The notes: generated by a model not told the origin, from the sequence alone. Shown: positions 39,796-51,109, numbered from the stretch's first letter. The stretch: 64,000 nucleotides of DNA from Desulfatiglandales bacterium (GCA_963667015.2 CAXXJJ010000004.1:3584001-3648000), one strand, 5' to 3'. Numbers and translations are program-made.

Positions 39796-41283
39796 ATGAA
39801 GAACAATATAAACCGGGAAAAATCGAATAAAATAGCTAAAAGAATTTCGCTGTTTTGTATTTTCGCTAACCTGCCCCTTATACTGTTTACAATGTTCGGC
39901 CCAAAGGAAGGAATGGAGGAACTGGCCATTATTGTCCCATGGCTTCTCACTGTAGCAGTCAATCTACTTCTTGTTATTCCGGCCCTGGCTTTTACTTTTT
40001 CTTCACGCAGGCATATGGCTAATATATGGATATATGCATATTTTGCCCTGTTCTTTGGATTCCATACTATTTTTTTTATTCATGAAAGCCACCTGGACAC
40101 ACGCCTGCACCAGAAATATATTAAAATTATGGATTCTGACCAGGCAGAATTTCATAAACTCCTATCGGAACTTAGATATGTTCCGAACGAGAATAAAGCG
40201 GCCCGGGTTGAAGAACTGATCCTCAAGGGGGTTGATGTAAATTCCATGTTCCCGGGAGACAGTCAGTCCGCTTTACAGAAGGCAGGATACGGAGGAAATC
40301 CCCGACTAGTCCGACTAATTCTTGAAAAAGGTGCACTGGTTGATGGTCCGCCTGCCGTGTCCACGACAGCCCTGGGCTGGGCAATTCAGCAAAATCATAC
40401 GGAAGCCGCCCGGCTGCTGCTTGAAAATGGTGCAGATCCCAACAGGGGTGTCTCAGGATATACCTTTATTGTTAAGGCTGTCCAGAATCATAACTACGAT
40501 ATTGTTGAGGCTCTGTTAAAAGCCGGTGCTGATTCCAACCTTAGGATATATGGACCGGAAAAACCGCTGATAACCGCAGTTTTAAATAGGGATAAAGATA
40601 TTCTGGAACTGCTCCTTAGGAATGGGGCTGATCCGGAATATAAAATGCCTACCAGCGGTACAGCCCTAGCCATTGCAGTCAGCAAAGGATATCCTGAGTG
40701 CGTTCGCCTGCTGTTAAATGCAGGAGCAAAATTATCAGGTACCGGTCCCGGAGGCAAAGGAATACTGTCACTGGCAGCTATATGCGGAAATTCCGAAACC
40801 GTTTCTCTCATTCAGAAAGCAGCTCAATCTGTAAATATGTCAAATGATAATGAAGATCAATCCTTTCGCAATCGGTACCGTGACCTGCGCAAGACCCTGG
40901 AGGAAAATCGATTTGAGGATTTCAAAAAAATGATCTGGATTGGAATATCACCCGATTCAGCTGACGACTATAACCACACTTTGCTTCAATTATTCTGCAT
41001 GAATAATCTGAGAAGGGTCATAAGGATGGATGTGCTGCCTGTGGTACAGTTTTTGATTGAAAATGGTGCTGATATAAACAGGCAAACTGCCGATGGAAGC
41101 ACACCTCTTATACTTGCAGTACGTCACGCACAGGCTGACCTTGTGAAACTTATGATCCAGAAAGGCGCAGATATAAATGCGATCAATAACAGCGGACATA
41201 ATGCACTATACTATGCCAAGGCAGGTAAGGAACAAACCATTATGGATATTCTGATCTCGTCAGGCATGGAACAGAAAAAATAA
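39796..41283 (+). CDS. Membrane-anchored ankyrin repeat protein
   Basis: Three N-terminal TM segments and many LL..GAD.N ankyrin repeats. Confidence 0.85.
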   Translation: MKNNINREKSNKIAKRISLFCIFANLPLILFTMFGPKEGMEELAIIVPWLLTVAVNLLLVIPALAFTFSSRRHMANIWIYAYFALFFGFHTIFFIHESHLDTRLHQKYIKIMDSDQAEFHKLLSELRYVPNENKAARVEELILKGVDVNSMFPGDSQSALQKAGYGGNPRLVRLILEKGALVDGPPAVSTTALGWAIQQNHTEAARLLLENGADPNRGVSGYTFIVKAVQNHNYDIVEALLKAGADSNLRIYGPEKPLITAVLNRDKDILELLLRNGADPEYKMPTSGTALAIAVSKGYPECVRLLLNAGAKLSGTGPGGKGILSLAAICGNSETVSLIQKAAQSVNMSNDNEDQSFRNRYRDLRKTLEENRFEDFKKMIWIGISPDSADDYNHTLLQLFCMNNLRRVIRMDVLPVVQFLIENGADINRQTADGSTPLILAVRHAQADLVKLMIQKGADINAINNSGHNALYYAKAGKEQTIMDILISSGMEQKK

Positions 41284-41650
41284 AAACCTCCCATATAAAG
41301 ATATAGGAGGTTTCCGGGAGCACTGCGGAAGAATTCATCTTTAATAATAAACCATGCTGACCTTTTTGCTGAGAAGGCAAGAATGAAAACCCGTCTCAAA
41401 CAGAGACAATGAAATATTGATTCGGTTCATGCAGTCCACACTAAATATCACACCATAACCATCGAGATAAAATCCCCTTGCGGTTGAGGCTGTCGAAAAA
41501 GTTTTATAAATATTTATTAAAAAATCCTTCCAAAATCACTAACTATCAATAAACAGGAGTTTTTCAATCACTTCTATGAGATGTACAGGTGACCGGGTGC
41601 CCTCTTTTTCATTATTCTCACGAATATTATCCCGATACATGCTGGATACA

Positions 41651-41794
41651 ATCTGATAAATCCGTTGCGGCCTTTCAGTTTCCCAGATACCTGAACACAA
41701 AACTGTATATCTGTTTCTCCCATTTCCGGATCAGCTGATTGAATCCCAGGCGGTCTCCATCAATTATTCGATTAATCAACTCAAGGTCGTTTAT
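41651..41794 (-). pseudogene. N-terminal remnant of an ECF sigma factor
   Basis: GAGG RBS, ATA in the start position, INDLELINRIIDGDRLGFNQLIRKWEKQIYSFVFRYLGN*KAATDL (region 2 pattern). Confidence 0.6.
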
Positions 41795-41930
41795 AAATCC
41801 TCAGGATTGTTTTTTTGCTGTTTTATATACAGGTACAGACAGCCCTTATTTAAAAAAAACAATATTTTTATTTTAATTTATAAAAAAAGATTATAAAGAC
41901 TGATACTGTTGTGAGATTAAAAGGATTTTA

Positions 41931-43016
41931 TTGATATTTAATTCAGCTCATTTCAATTTTACAAAGAGACATTCTTCAATGAACGATGAAAATTTAAAAG
42001 AAAAAAATTATGAATATGTAAGGCTGGCCCTGCCTTTGATGTCAAAACATGAAGTTCCTATCACACCAAGCAACTATGCGGTATGGTATATGTATGTTTC
42101 AGGGGAAAGCAGAGAATTAAACGAAATCATTGACAAGATAATCAATAACAAGAGGCTCTTTGATGAAGAAATAAACGAAAAACTATACCTGCAGTTTTGC
42201 GCGGAAAAGAATGAAAACGAACTGAAAAAATTTCGAGCCGGGCTGCACCAGATTTTAGAAGTCATGCTAAAAGAGGTCATGGACCTGACCGGCCAGACCG
42301 GACAGTATGAAACCGTACTTTCAAGGTCAATTTCAAGGCTCTCCGAAAATGTTTCCGATGATAATATTATGGATGTAATAAATGAGATTATCGAAGAAAC
42401 AAAAACAATGGGAAACCATGGAAGATCAATACAGCAGAAATTACAGGAAACAACGGAAAATTTAAATACAATACAGAAAGAATTTGAGGAGGCAAAGAAT
42501 GCTGCCCTGCTTGATTTTCTAACAGGAGTTCCCAACCGAAAGGCCCTTAATGATAAATTTGCCGAATATGTAAGTGAGGCCAGTCCGGTCAGTAAAGATT
42601 TGTGTATGCTTTTGATCGATATTGACCACTTCAAAAAATTTAATGATAAATTCGGACATGTTGTTGGAGATGAAGTCCTGAAGTTTGCAGCAAAAAAGAT
42701 AAAGGATATAGTAAGAGGGAGAGATTTTTTCGCCCGATATGGAGGAGAAGAATTTGCTGTACTGCTTCCTCAAACACCCCTGCCCGGCGCTGAAACAGTG
42801 GGAGAACATATAAGAAAATTTTTCTCGGAATCACCGATAAAAACAATTTCGGAATCCGTAAAACTCGGAAGCATCACCGTCTCAATAGGCGCAGCATGCT
42901 ATCGACCGGACGAAACCTTTGAGGACCTGATTGCCCGATCCGACAAGGCCCTCTATCATGCCAAGAATACAGGAAGAAACCGTGTGGCAACAGAGTCCGA
43001 TATATCGCTTCACTAG
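41931..43016 (+). CDS. Diguanylate cyclase (GGEEF)
   Basis: DFLTGVPNR, DIDHFKKFND, RGRD I-site, RYGGEEF; start probably ATG 41979. Confidence 0.9.
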   Translation: MIFNSAHFNFTKRHSSMNDENLKEKNYEYVRLALPLMSKHEVPITPSNYAVWYMYVSGESRELNEIIDKIINNKRLFDEEINEKLYLQFCAEKNENELKKFRAGLHQILEVMLKEVMDLTGQTGQYETVLSRSISRLSENVSDDNIMDVINEIIEETKTMGNHGRSIQQKLQETTENLNTIQKEFEEAKNAALLDFLTGVPNRKALNDKFAEYVSEASPVSKDLCMLLIDIDHFKKFNDKFGHVVGDEVLKFAAKKIKDIVRGRDFFARYGGEEFAVLLPQTPLPGAETVGEHIRKFFSESPIKTISESVKLGSITVSIGAACYRPDETFEDLIARSDKALYHAKNTGRNRVATESDISLH

Positions 43017-43193
43017 TGCCGTGCGTAGACTGTTATATCCGTAAATGACAATCATGCTTCAGATCATCATATGTCAGCTTAACTCCAGCTATATGTATTG
43101 GTTACGTAATTTTCACAGGTTATCGACCGGGCCGCACTAAATAAGGGGATATCAGCGCCCCGGTATTTTTTCATTCTTTTAAAGGAGGTAGAA

Positions 43194-44924
43194 ATGAAGG
43201 GAAAGCGTCTGTTGTTGACTCACATGTTGATAGGTTTTGTTATATCCTGCATTCTCATTATGCCAAACCTTTGCAGTGCCGCATCTTCTGATGACAAACT
43301 TATTACCGTTATGAACCCGGGTATCAGAGAGATACTTGCACCGCGCGTAAACCTGACTCCCAGGCTTAAGACGTTGGAAGGCAAAACTATATACCTTGTG
43401 GACATGAACTATGAAGGGATAGACGGTACACCTGTCATGGGTGAAATACAGGAATGGTTTAAAAAGAACATTCCGGGTGTTAAAACAGAGCTCAGGATCA
43501 AAAAAGGCAATTACGTTGCGGATGATCCCGGGCTGTGGAAAGAGATCTCAGATAAAGGTGCAGACGCGGTAATAATGGGAGTGGCCGGATGATGGGGCTG
43601 TATAGCGGCCGTGAGCCGTTTTAACGGAAGTCTGGAAAAGGAGTATAATATCCCCACAGTATCACTTGCCAATGAAAACGTAGTAGACTTTGGTATTAAT
43701 GCCCATGCCAAATACACGACAGGCATGCCCCTGCGTTTTGTTGGAATGCCATATCCATTTACAGGTCTAAGTGAAGAAAGGCTGAAAAACTATCTCAAGA
43801 CAGGGAAGGACAATGTCACGGGCAAACCGGTAATGACAGCAATAATTGATGCGCTCATAACCCCCCTTTCAAAATCCGAAACCAATCCCGAGGCTCCACC
43901 GGAACCGAGATTTTTAAAACCCGATACAGAAGAAAACCTGAGGCGGTTATTTAAGGACAGGAGCTGGACAGATTATAACCCGATCATTCTTCCAACAGAA
44001 GAAAGAGTTACAAAGATGCTTGAAGGCACAAGCCACGACCCGAACGAAATTGTCAAGGAAGCCGCCGGCACCTTCGGGACTAAACGACCGTTTACAGTAG
44101 AGAAGGTCGCCATTATAGGTGTTATGGCAGGAGCCAAACCTGAATATATGCCCGTACTGCTGGCCCTGGCAAGCCAGGTTCCATACATGGACTCCACTAC
44201 TTCAAGTTCACGCATGGTGGTTATCAACGGCCCAATAAGGGAAGAAATAGGTGTTAATTCGGGCATAGGGGCACTTGGCCCCAATGCAGAGGCAAACTCA
44301 ATAATTGGCCGCTCCATGGTGCTTTTTCATAAAATATTACAGGGCTACAAAGAGGGAGAAAGCGGTTTTTCATCTCTCAGCAATCCCCTGCTGTACAATA
44401 ACCTTACTATAGCTGAAAATGAAGAGAACCTCCCTGAAGGCTGGAAGCCGTTTCATGTACAGAAGGGTTTTAATCTTGAAGACAGTACAATAACCGTATT
44501 CTTCGGCTGGAATTTTGTAAACTGCTCCGGTTCTGTTGTAGAGCACTATGCACCCCAGCTTATGATGAGAGATTTCACCCGGGTGCTTGCTGCCACTGGA
44601 GGAGCAACACTCATTATGGATCCTTCAGTAGCAGACCTTTTAAGGGACACCCAGGGTTTTAAAACAAAAGAAGAATTTTCAAAGTGGCTGTCTGATAATG
44701 CCGAAATACCAGCAAAGCTTTACTGGGCAAACTCAATTGTATCAGGAATGCAGGGCCCTGACGGTGTCAAGGACTATAAGAATATCAAAGAAGGGGCAAT
44801 GCTGAAACACATGAAAAACCCGGCTTCGATCAACTCAATTGTTGTTGGAGGAGAAACAGCCAGCGTATGGTTTATTACCGATTTTATGTCTGGAAGACCT
44901 GTATCTATAGATGCATGGAGATAA
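43194..44924 (+). CDS. Exported UGSC-family-like selenoprotein (576 aa; Sec at TGA 43590-43592, motif UWGC)
   Basis: ORFs 43194-43592 and 43611-44924 are in frame, separated only by TGA TGG GGC TGT; SECIS-like hairpin follows; signal peptide. Confidence 0.8.
43590..43625 (+). promoter_or_regulatory. Putative bacterial SECIS element
   Basis: Stem AGCGGC/GCCGTT with loop CGTGA starting 17 nt after the UGA. Confidence 0.6.
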
Positions 44925-45050
44925 CAAAATAGCAATAGCCAGAAAGGGCGGATATACAGGAAAGATCCTCAGGGTAAACCCGGGTCTTAATTTCAATGTA
45001 TGGGCAGAGGTCATGAAAGGCAAGGGCCGGCTCGGTTAAGGGCGTGGGAA

Positions 45051-45085
45051 AAGGGTCATCAGCCTTAACAGGCTGAGAACCCTTG
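45051..45085. terminator. Hairpin between convergent genes
   Basis: AAGGGTCATCAGCCT-TAAC-AGGCTGAGAACCCTT. Confidence 0.5.
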
Positions 45086-45114
45086 ATATTTTGGATGAAG
45101 AAGAATTCCTTCGT

Positions 45115-46482
45115 CTAATCCTTCTTGAAGACCGTCGGGTCCAGGTCATGCTTTTTCATAAGGGCATAGAGGTCTCCCCGGTATTTCCCTGCCATCTTTG
45201 CGGCTTTACTGACATTGCCTTCAGCAAGGGATAAAATATTGGAGATATAATTTTTTTCAAAGAGATTTTTGGCATCCTTGAATGACTGTAACTCCTCTGC
45301 CTCTTCCGGGGCATTTGCCTGGAGAATAAGATCCTGGTCAATAATATCCTTTGTACTCATGGCTACAGCATATTCGATAGTATTTTCCAGCTCCCTCACA
45401 TTGCCGGGCCATGAATAGTTTAAAAGCTTCTGCATGGCGGCCATCGAGATTTCCTTGGTGCCCTTATTCATTTTCTCACTGAATTTTTTCAAAAAATGAT
45501 CTACCAGGAGAGGTATATCCTCCCTCCTGTCCCGTAAAGGCGGCAGGTTAACAGGTATAACATGAATACGGTAAAAAAGGTCTTTACGAAAGTTTCCGTT
45601 TTTCACCTCTTCCTCCAGATTCCTGTTTGTTGCGGTAATTATTCTTACATCCACTGTTACGGATTTTTCTCCGCCAAGGGGATAAAACTTTTTTTCCTGA
45701 AGAACACGAAGCAGTTTTACCTGCATGGACTCAGGCATATCTGAAACCTCATCAAGGAAGAGCGTGCCATTGTCGGCCTGAGTGAAAAATCCCTTTCTGG
45801 CCTTGATGGCTCCGGTAAAGGCACCCTTTTCATAACCGAACAGTTCACCTTCATGCAGGCCTTCCGGAATGGCAGCACAGTTTACCGCCACAAAGGATCG
45901 ATCCTTCCGGGGACTTAACAGGTGAAGAGATTTGGCGATCAGTTCCTTTCCTGTACCGCTCTCACCACATATACATACACTGGAATCCGTCTCTGCCGCC
46001 CTTACAACCTGCTCCATAACGTCCTGCATTTTTTTGCTTTTACCAATGATGTTCTCGAAGCCGTACCGTTCTCCAACCAGGGCCCTGAGTCTCCGGATCT
46101 CTCTTGAAAGACTGCTTTTTTCAAGGCCGTTTTTTATCTGGAGAAGCAGCTCCCGCCGGTTGAAAGGTTTGGTAAGAAAGCTGTATGCCCCCATCTTCAT
46201 TGCCTCAACGGCCGTGTCAATGGTACCGTGTGCAGTAAGGATTATTACGGGCATCTCGGGAGCCGTCTGATGCAGTTTTTTCATGAGCTCAATACCGTTT
46301 TCACTTTCACCCAGCCTTAGATCAATAAGCGCCAGATCAAACAGTGAGCCTTTGATCAGTTCCCGGGCCTCCACGGCTTCACTTGCTGCGGATACATTAT
46401 AACCTTCCGCCTCGAGCCTGAGGCTCAGGACCTCAAGCATATTTTTATCATCATCAACTATTAATATTGTATCTTCAGACAT
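45115..46482 (-). CDS. Sigma54-dependent response regulator (NtrC family, GlrR/QseF-like)
   Basis: REC domain, GESGTGKE, GAFTGA, FRKDLFYR, WPGNVREL, Fis HTH. Confidence 0.9.
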   Translation of the reverse strand: MSEDTILIVDDDKNMLEVLSLRLEAEGYNVSAASEAVEARELIKGSLFDLALIDLRLGESENGIELMKKLHQTAPEMPVIILTAHGTIDTAVEAMKMGAYSFLTKPFNRRELLLQIKNGLEKSSLSREIRRLRALVGERYGFENIIGKSKKMQDVMEQVVRAAETDSSVCICGESGTGKELIAKSLHLLSPRKDRSFVAVNCAAIPEGLHEGELFGYEKGAFTGAIKARKGFFTQADNGTLFLDEVSDMPESMQVKLLRVLQEKKFYPLGGEKSVTVDVRIITATNRNLEEEVKNGNFRKDLFYRIHVIPVNLPPLRDRREDIPLLVDHFLKKFSEKMNKGTKEISMAAMQKLLNYSWPGNVRELENTIEYAVAMSTKDIIDQDLILQANAPEEAEELQSFKDAKNLFEKNYISNILSLAEGNVSKAAKMAGKYRGDLYALMKKHDLDPTVFKKD

Positions 46483-46525
46483 AATCTTATTACCTTCTAT
46501 TCTTCGGGCCATTCATTCTCAGTTT

Positions 46526-47095
46526 TTACTCCGCCCCGATATCTATTTCCTTTAATGCACTTATCTGTTCCTTGTATGATATTATCTCTTCTTTGTATGC
46601 CCTAATCTCTTCCCTGCAGCTCTCTTTACAGGAGCTGATCTGTTTTTTACAGGATGATATTTTACCCTCCAGATCTCTGATCTGACTATCACGAAGGGCA
46701 ACTTTGCTTAATACCTCTGCCCATGCCCCGGCTTCCTCCCTCAGGGGACTTTTAGTGAAATCACGAAGAAGCCTCTGAAAATATCTTAGAGCCTCCGCAT
46801 TATTTTTCTTCGGGTTACCCGGATATAGCCATATAAGCCCCATTTCAAACAACGCCCTGTCACCCGGGCTGTCCCTGGGATATGATCTGGCAATCCTGCT
46901 GTATGCCTTGAGGGCATCATCGTAGTTACCTTTGCTTACCATCATTGAAGCCAGTTCGATAGGGGTCCCACCTTCGGGTAAAACATGGACCCTTCTGCCT
47001 GGAATAACGCATCCTTCGCTTATTAATAAAACTATCAGGAGACAGGCACTGTAAAAAAGAAGGTGCTTCCTGTTTTTCCATTGCTTTCCACCCAT
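46526..47095 (-). CDS. TPR/coiled-coil lipoprotein (QseG-like position)
   Basis: Lipobox ISEGC, TPR pair, coiled coil ending LKEIDIG; lies between the kinase and the regulator. Confidence 0.65.
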   Translation of the reverse strand: MGGKQWKNRKHLLFYSACLLIVLLISEGCVIPGRRVHVLPEGGTPIELASMMVSKGNYDDALKAYSRIARSYPRDSPGDRALFEMGLIWLYPGNPKKNNAEALRYFQRLLRDFTKSPLREEAGAWAEVLSKVALRDSQIRDLEGKISSCKKQISSCKESCREEIRAYKEEIISYKEQISALKEIDIGAE

Positions 47096-48516
47096 ATATC
47101 TCCTCCATGGGCATTTATTATCTGTTTTGCTATATAAAGACCCAGTCCGGTACCTTTTTCATGCAACTTTTTGTATTTGTCAAATATATCGTTTATGTTC
47201 TCTACTGGGATGCCTGGCCCTGTGTCTGAAACTGAAACTTCAATTATCTCTTTTGTGTTCCCGCCTGGGTATCCCTTCCGATGAATTGCACCTATTGATA
47301 TCTTCCCCTTTTCCGGTGTAAATTTAAGGGCATTGCCAAGCAGGTTATCAAAGACCTGCCCCATTTTATCCGGTTCCATAACCGCATACAGTGCTTCGCT
47401 TGCTACATTTACCTCTACTGCTATTTTTTTCCTTATCACTATGGGCTGTATCTTTGACACAGCAATTGCTATCAGATGGGACAGATTATAATTTTCCATC
47501 TGATAGTCAAATATTCCAGCGTCCATCCGGGAAAAATTCAGAACCCTGTTTACCGAGTCTATCAGCCGTTCACACTCCTCCTGGACAATGCCGAGAAGTT
47601 TATCCTGCTTTTCCCTGGACATTGTCTCAGCTGAATCCTTAAAAAGACTTACAGCCTCTCTCATTACTGCCAGAGGCGTCCTGAACTCGTGAGACACATT
47701 TGCAATAAGGTCTGCCTTCATTTCGTCAAGCTCTTTCAGGCGATCACACATATGATTGAAGGCGGTGGCCAGTTCATTTATCTCCGGCGGAGAGGAAATA
47801 TCCAGATGTTTTTCAAACTTTCCCTTGGCGATTTCTTTTATCTCTTTTATCATAAGAGAAATAGGATGGTGAATCGTCCGGGCATTGAAAAATGCTATCA
47901 GCAGAGCCATAACAACTGACGATATGGACAGAATCAGGATAATCTTCAAGGCCTGTGTGCCTATCTCTTTGGACATGCCTATCTTTAGATCAACTTCATC
48001 CTCTATTGATTTTTTCAATAGCCTCAGCTGCTGGGTAACAACATCTATTAAAACCTCTGTTTTGTTCTTAAAAACATCTTTTTTACTTTCAAAATCTTCC
48101 TTTGAATATTCTTCTTTCCGGTTTATCAGGTCGAACTCTTCCTGAACCTTTGCAAAATACCGATTATATGACTCCTTTATCCTGCCGGAAATATTTTTAT
48201 TTTTTGTGGACGCCAGGAGATTGGCCATCTCATCAAGGTCGTTTCTGACGCTTTCCTCGGTTTCGAGGAATTTCCTGTAATAACCCTGACCCTGATCTTC
48301 AAACAGTACATATTTTTTTTGAAAATTTTTCTGGTCATCAAGGGTTTCCTTCAGACGGTCTACAACTTCTATAGTTTCGCCGCCCAAACCGATTGAATCA
48401 ATGATCTGATTCAATTCCCTGAGCTTCAGAAAAGCATATGCCCCGAGTGCAACAACAACAATAAGCATCAGCAGAAAGCCTGCGACAAGTCTTTTAAAAA
48501 TTGTAAATTTCATCAT
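47035..48516 (-). CDS. HAMP sensor histidine kinase (GlrK/QseE-like)
   Basis: Two TM segments, HAMP, SHEFRTPL, NALKF, DTGPGI, GTGLGL. Confidence 0.9.
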   Translation of the reverse strand: MMKFTIFKRLVAGFLLMLIVVVALGAYAFLKLRELNQIIDSIGLGGETIEVVDRLKETLDDQKNFQKKYVLFEDQGQGYYRKFLETEESVRNDLDEMANLLASTKNKNISGRIKESYNRYFAKVQEEFDLINRKEEYSKEDFESKKDVFKNKTEVLIDVVTQQLRLLKKSIEDEVDLKIGMSKEIGTQALKIILILSISSVVMALLIAFFNARTIHHPISLMIKEIKEIAKGKFEKHLDISSPPEINELATAFNHMCDRLKELDEMKADLIANVSHEFRTPLAVMREAVSLFKDSAETMSREKQDKLLGIVQEECERLIDSVNRVLNFSRMDAGIFDYQMENYNLSHLIAIAVSKIQPIVIRKKIAVEVNVASEALYAVMEPDKMGQVFDNLLGNALKFTPEKGKISIGAIHRKGYPGGNTKEIIEVSVSDTGPGIPVENINDIFDKYKKLHEKGTGLGLYIAKQIINAHGGDIWVESNGKTGSTFFFTVPVS

Positions 48517-48847
48517 GATTATTGCAGTGAAAGGAAAAACCGGGTATATCCGCCTTATATATCTCTTTACCAGAGGAAGTGATTAATTCACCTTAATCCA
48601 ACAAATATAGTCCCTCACTATATTGCATTTTTGCGCATTCTATATCATAGTTACCTGACAGTCAACATAAGCTCATATTTCAGGAAGACTGGTTAAATCA
48701 ACTGTAAAATTACGTTTTATCAGCAGGTTATAAAATAGCATTTTGACAGGGAAGAAGGTTGGGTAACACAGAGATGCAAAAAAATGCACCTCCTGATATT
48801 GGTTTGTTATTATTTGACACATAAGATATCTGTTCTTATACTCCTCC

Positions 48848-51109
48848 ATGATCCAGACTTTACCCTCAAGATTGAAAGGAAACATAATGGCACATCCTAA
48901 AAATGCCTTCAGGAAAATACTTTATTTTATGGCTATTATTACATTTTTATTCACCGGTTGCAGTAAACCTGAAAAGGAATCAAAACCAATGGATAATATC
49001 AAGGCTAAGGTGCAGGCTTTAATGGATAAAATGACCCTGGATGACAAACTGAACTTGATGGATGGGGATATCCCATTCTGGTCAGGTTTTAACGAGATGG
49101 CAAAGGGCTACAATGTAAAACCTTATCCGGCCGGGGTGATGCCTGAAATCGGAATATACGGCATCCGGTTTATTGACGGCCCCCGAGGCATAGTTATGAA
49201 GGGGTCAACCACCTTTCCGGTCACTATGGCCAGAGGTGCTACATGGGACATTGCTCTTGAAGAAAAGGTTGGAGAGGCTATCGGAAAAGAGCTGCGCGCC
49301 CAGGGCGGAAACTTCTTTGGCGGTGTCTGCATTAACCTGCTCAGGCACCCTGCATGGGGCAGAGCCCAGGAGACCTATGGAGAAGATCCTGTCGTCCTTG
49401 GTGAAATGGGCGCAGCCCTTACCAGGGGGGTCCAGAAGCACGGCATGGCCTGCGTAAAGCACTTTGCCCTGAATTCCATGGAGAACTCACGCTTTCAGGT
49501 GGATGTGAATATCAGCGACAGGGCTCTTCATGAAATGTATCTGCCTCACTTCAAGCGGGTAATAGACGAGGGTAATGTTGCCGCGGTCATGAGCGCTTAT
49601 AACAGTATGAACGGAGAATGGTGCGGACAGAACAGGGAGCTGCTGACAGATATTCTAAAGGACAAATGGGGATTTGAAGGATTTGTTATAACCGATTTCC
49701 TTTTCGGAATGGATAATTCTAAAAAAGCCGTACTTGCCGGCCAGGACATTGAAATGCCGTTTCATATGATACATGATCAGCATCTGAAGGAACTTGTAGA
49801 AAAGAACGAAGTCCCTATGTCCCGCATCGACGATGCCGTTCGCCGGATATTGACCCAGCAGTTTAAGTGGGCAAAACCCGTGAATTATGGCAGAGAAGTC
49901 ATCGGATGCAAAGAACACCAGGCTCTGTCACAGGAAGTGGCTGAAAAATCAATGGTGCTTCTTAAAAACGAAAACAGCCTGCTGCCCCTTAAAAACATTC
50001 GAAGACTTGCGGTTATAGGGAGACTGGCCGATTCAACGGCAACAGGTGACGCGGGCTCCAGCAATACACGTCCGGATCATGTTGTTTCAGCCCTTGAAGG
50101 TATAAGGAACAGATTCAAAGATAGTGTTGAGATAATTTATAACAGCGGAGAAGATCTGGAAAGAGCTGTTGCAGATGCTGAATCTGCAGATGCGGTTGTG
50201 CTGATTGCTGGCTATACCCACGAGGATGAAGGCGAATATGTACCGCCGGGAATGTTCAGGAAAAAGGCCTATCTGATGCCCGAACCCTCTTCACTGGAGG
50301 AAGACAGGATAGCCGAAACATTTCTGGCCCCGGAACCGTCCGAAGACACCACCGATTCCTTTTCACTTGGCGGAGACAGGGAAGATCTTCACCTGCACCC
50401 TGCAGAGGTTCAGCTTATACAGGCCGTGGCGCAGGCAAATAAAAATACGATTGTGTCCGTTATTGCAGGCAGTGCGGTCATAATGGAAGAATGGAAAGAT
50501 GAGGTGCCTGCAATCCTTATGCAGTGGTATTCCGGCATGGAAGGAGGTACTGCCCTTGCAGACATCCTTGCAGGAGACGTAAACCCCGGCGGAAAACTTC
50601 CCTTTGTAATCCCGACCTCGACCGATCACCTGCCCGAGTTTGATTATAATGCAAAATCCATTACATATGACCTGTGGCACGGATACAGAAAACTTGAAAA
50701 AGAGGGACATCAGCCTGCCTTCCCATTTGGTTACGGCCTGAGTTACACGAACTATGATTATAAAAACCTCAGTTTAGATAAAAACAGCTATAAAGATTCG
50801 GATACCATTAAGGTTTCGCTGGATATTACAAATACCGGCAAAGTAAATGGTGAAGAAATAGTTCAGGTTTATATTTCGGCAATCGCTTCAAAGGTGGAAA
50901 GGGCGCCAAAGGAGCTGAAGGCCTTCTCAAGAGTTCCCATTTCCGCAGGAGAAACACAGACTGTAACATTGAATATATCTGTATCTGATATTGCCTATTA
51001 TGATGAAGATGCAAAAGAATTTATCGTTGAACCAATAGAATATGAGGTATTTGCGGGCAGACATTCCCTGGATGAAAAGGCCTTGAAGTCCGGGTTTAGA
51101 GTAGAATAG
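48848..51109 (+). CDS. GH3 beta-glucosidase (probable lipoprotein)
   Basis: DGPRG, GRAQETYGEDP, CVKHF, VMSAYN, VITDF, FPFGYGLSYT, Fn3-like tail; lipobox FTGC. Confidence 0.9.
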   Translation: MIQTLPSRLKGNIMAHPKNAFRKILYFMAIITFLFTGCSKPEKESKPMDNIKAKVQALMDKMTLDDKLNLMDGDIPFWSGFNEMAKGYNVKPYPAGVMPEIGIYGIRFIDGPRGIVMKGSTTFPVTMARGATWDIALEEKVGEAIGKELRAQGGNFFGGVCINLLRHPAWGRAQETYGEDPVVLGEMGAALTRGVQKHGMACVKHFALNSMENSRFQVDVNISDRALHEMYLPHFKRVIDEGNVAAVMSAYNSMNGEWCGQNRELLTDILKDKWGFEGFVITDFLFGMDNSKKAVLAGQDIEMPFHMIHDQHLKELVEKNEVPMSRIDDAVRRILTQQFKWAKPVNYGREVIGCKEHQALSQEVAEKSMVLLKNENSLLPLKNIRRLAVIGRLADSTATGDAGSSNTRPDHVVSALEGIRNRFKDSVEIIYNSGEDLERAVADAESADAVVLIAGYTHEDEGEYVPPGMFRKKAYLMPEPSSLEEDRIAETFLAPEPSEDTTDSFSLGGDREDLHLHPAEVQLIQAVAQANKNTIVSVIAGSAVIMEEWKDEVPAILMQWYSGMEGGTALADILAGDVNPGGKLPFVIPTSTDHLPEFDYNAKSITYDLWHGYRKLEKEGHQPAFPFGYGLSYTNYDYKNLSLDKNSYKDSDTIKVSLDITNTGKVNGEEIVQVYISAIASKVERAPKELKAFSRVPISAGETQTVTLNISVSDIAYYDEDAKEFIVEPIEYEVFAGRHSLDEKALKSGFRVE

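Noticed and set aside
41675..41677. Selenocysteine at the TGA in the sigma fragment
   Set aside because: No redox motif or SECIS, and the frame decays shortly after.
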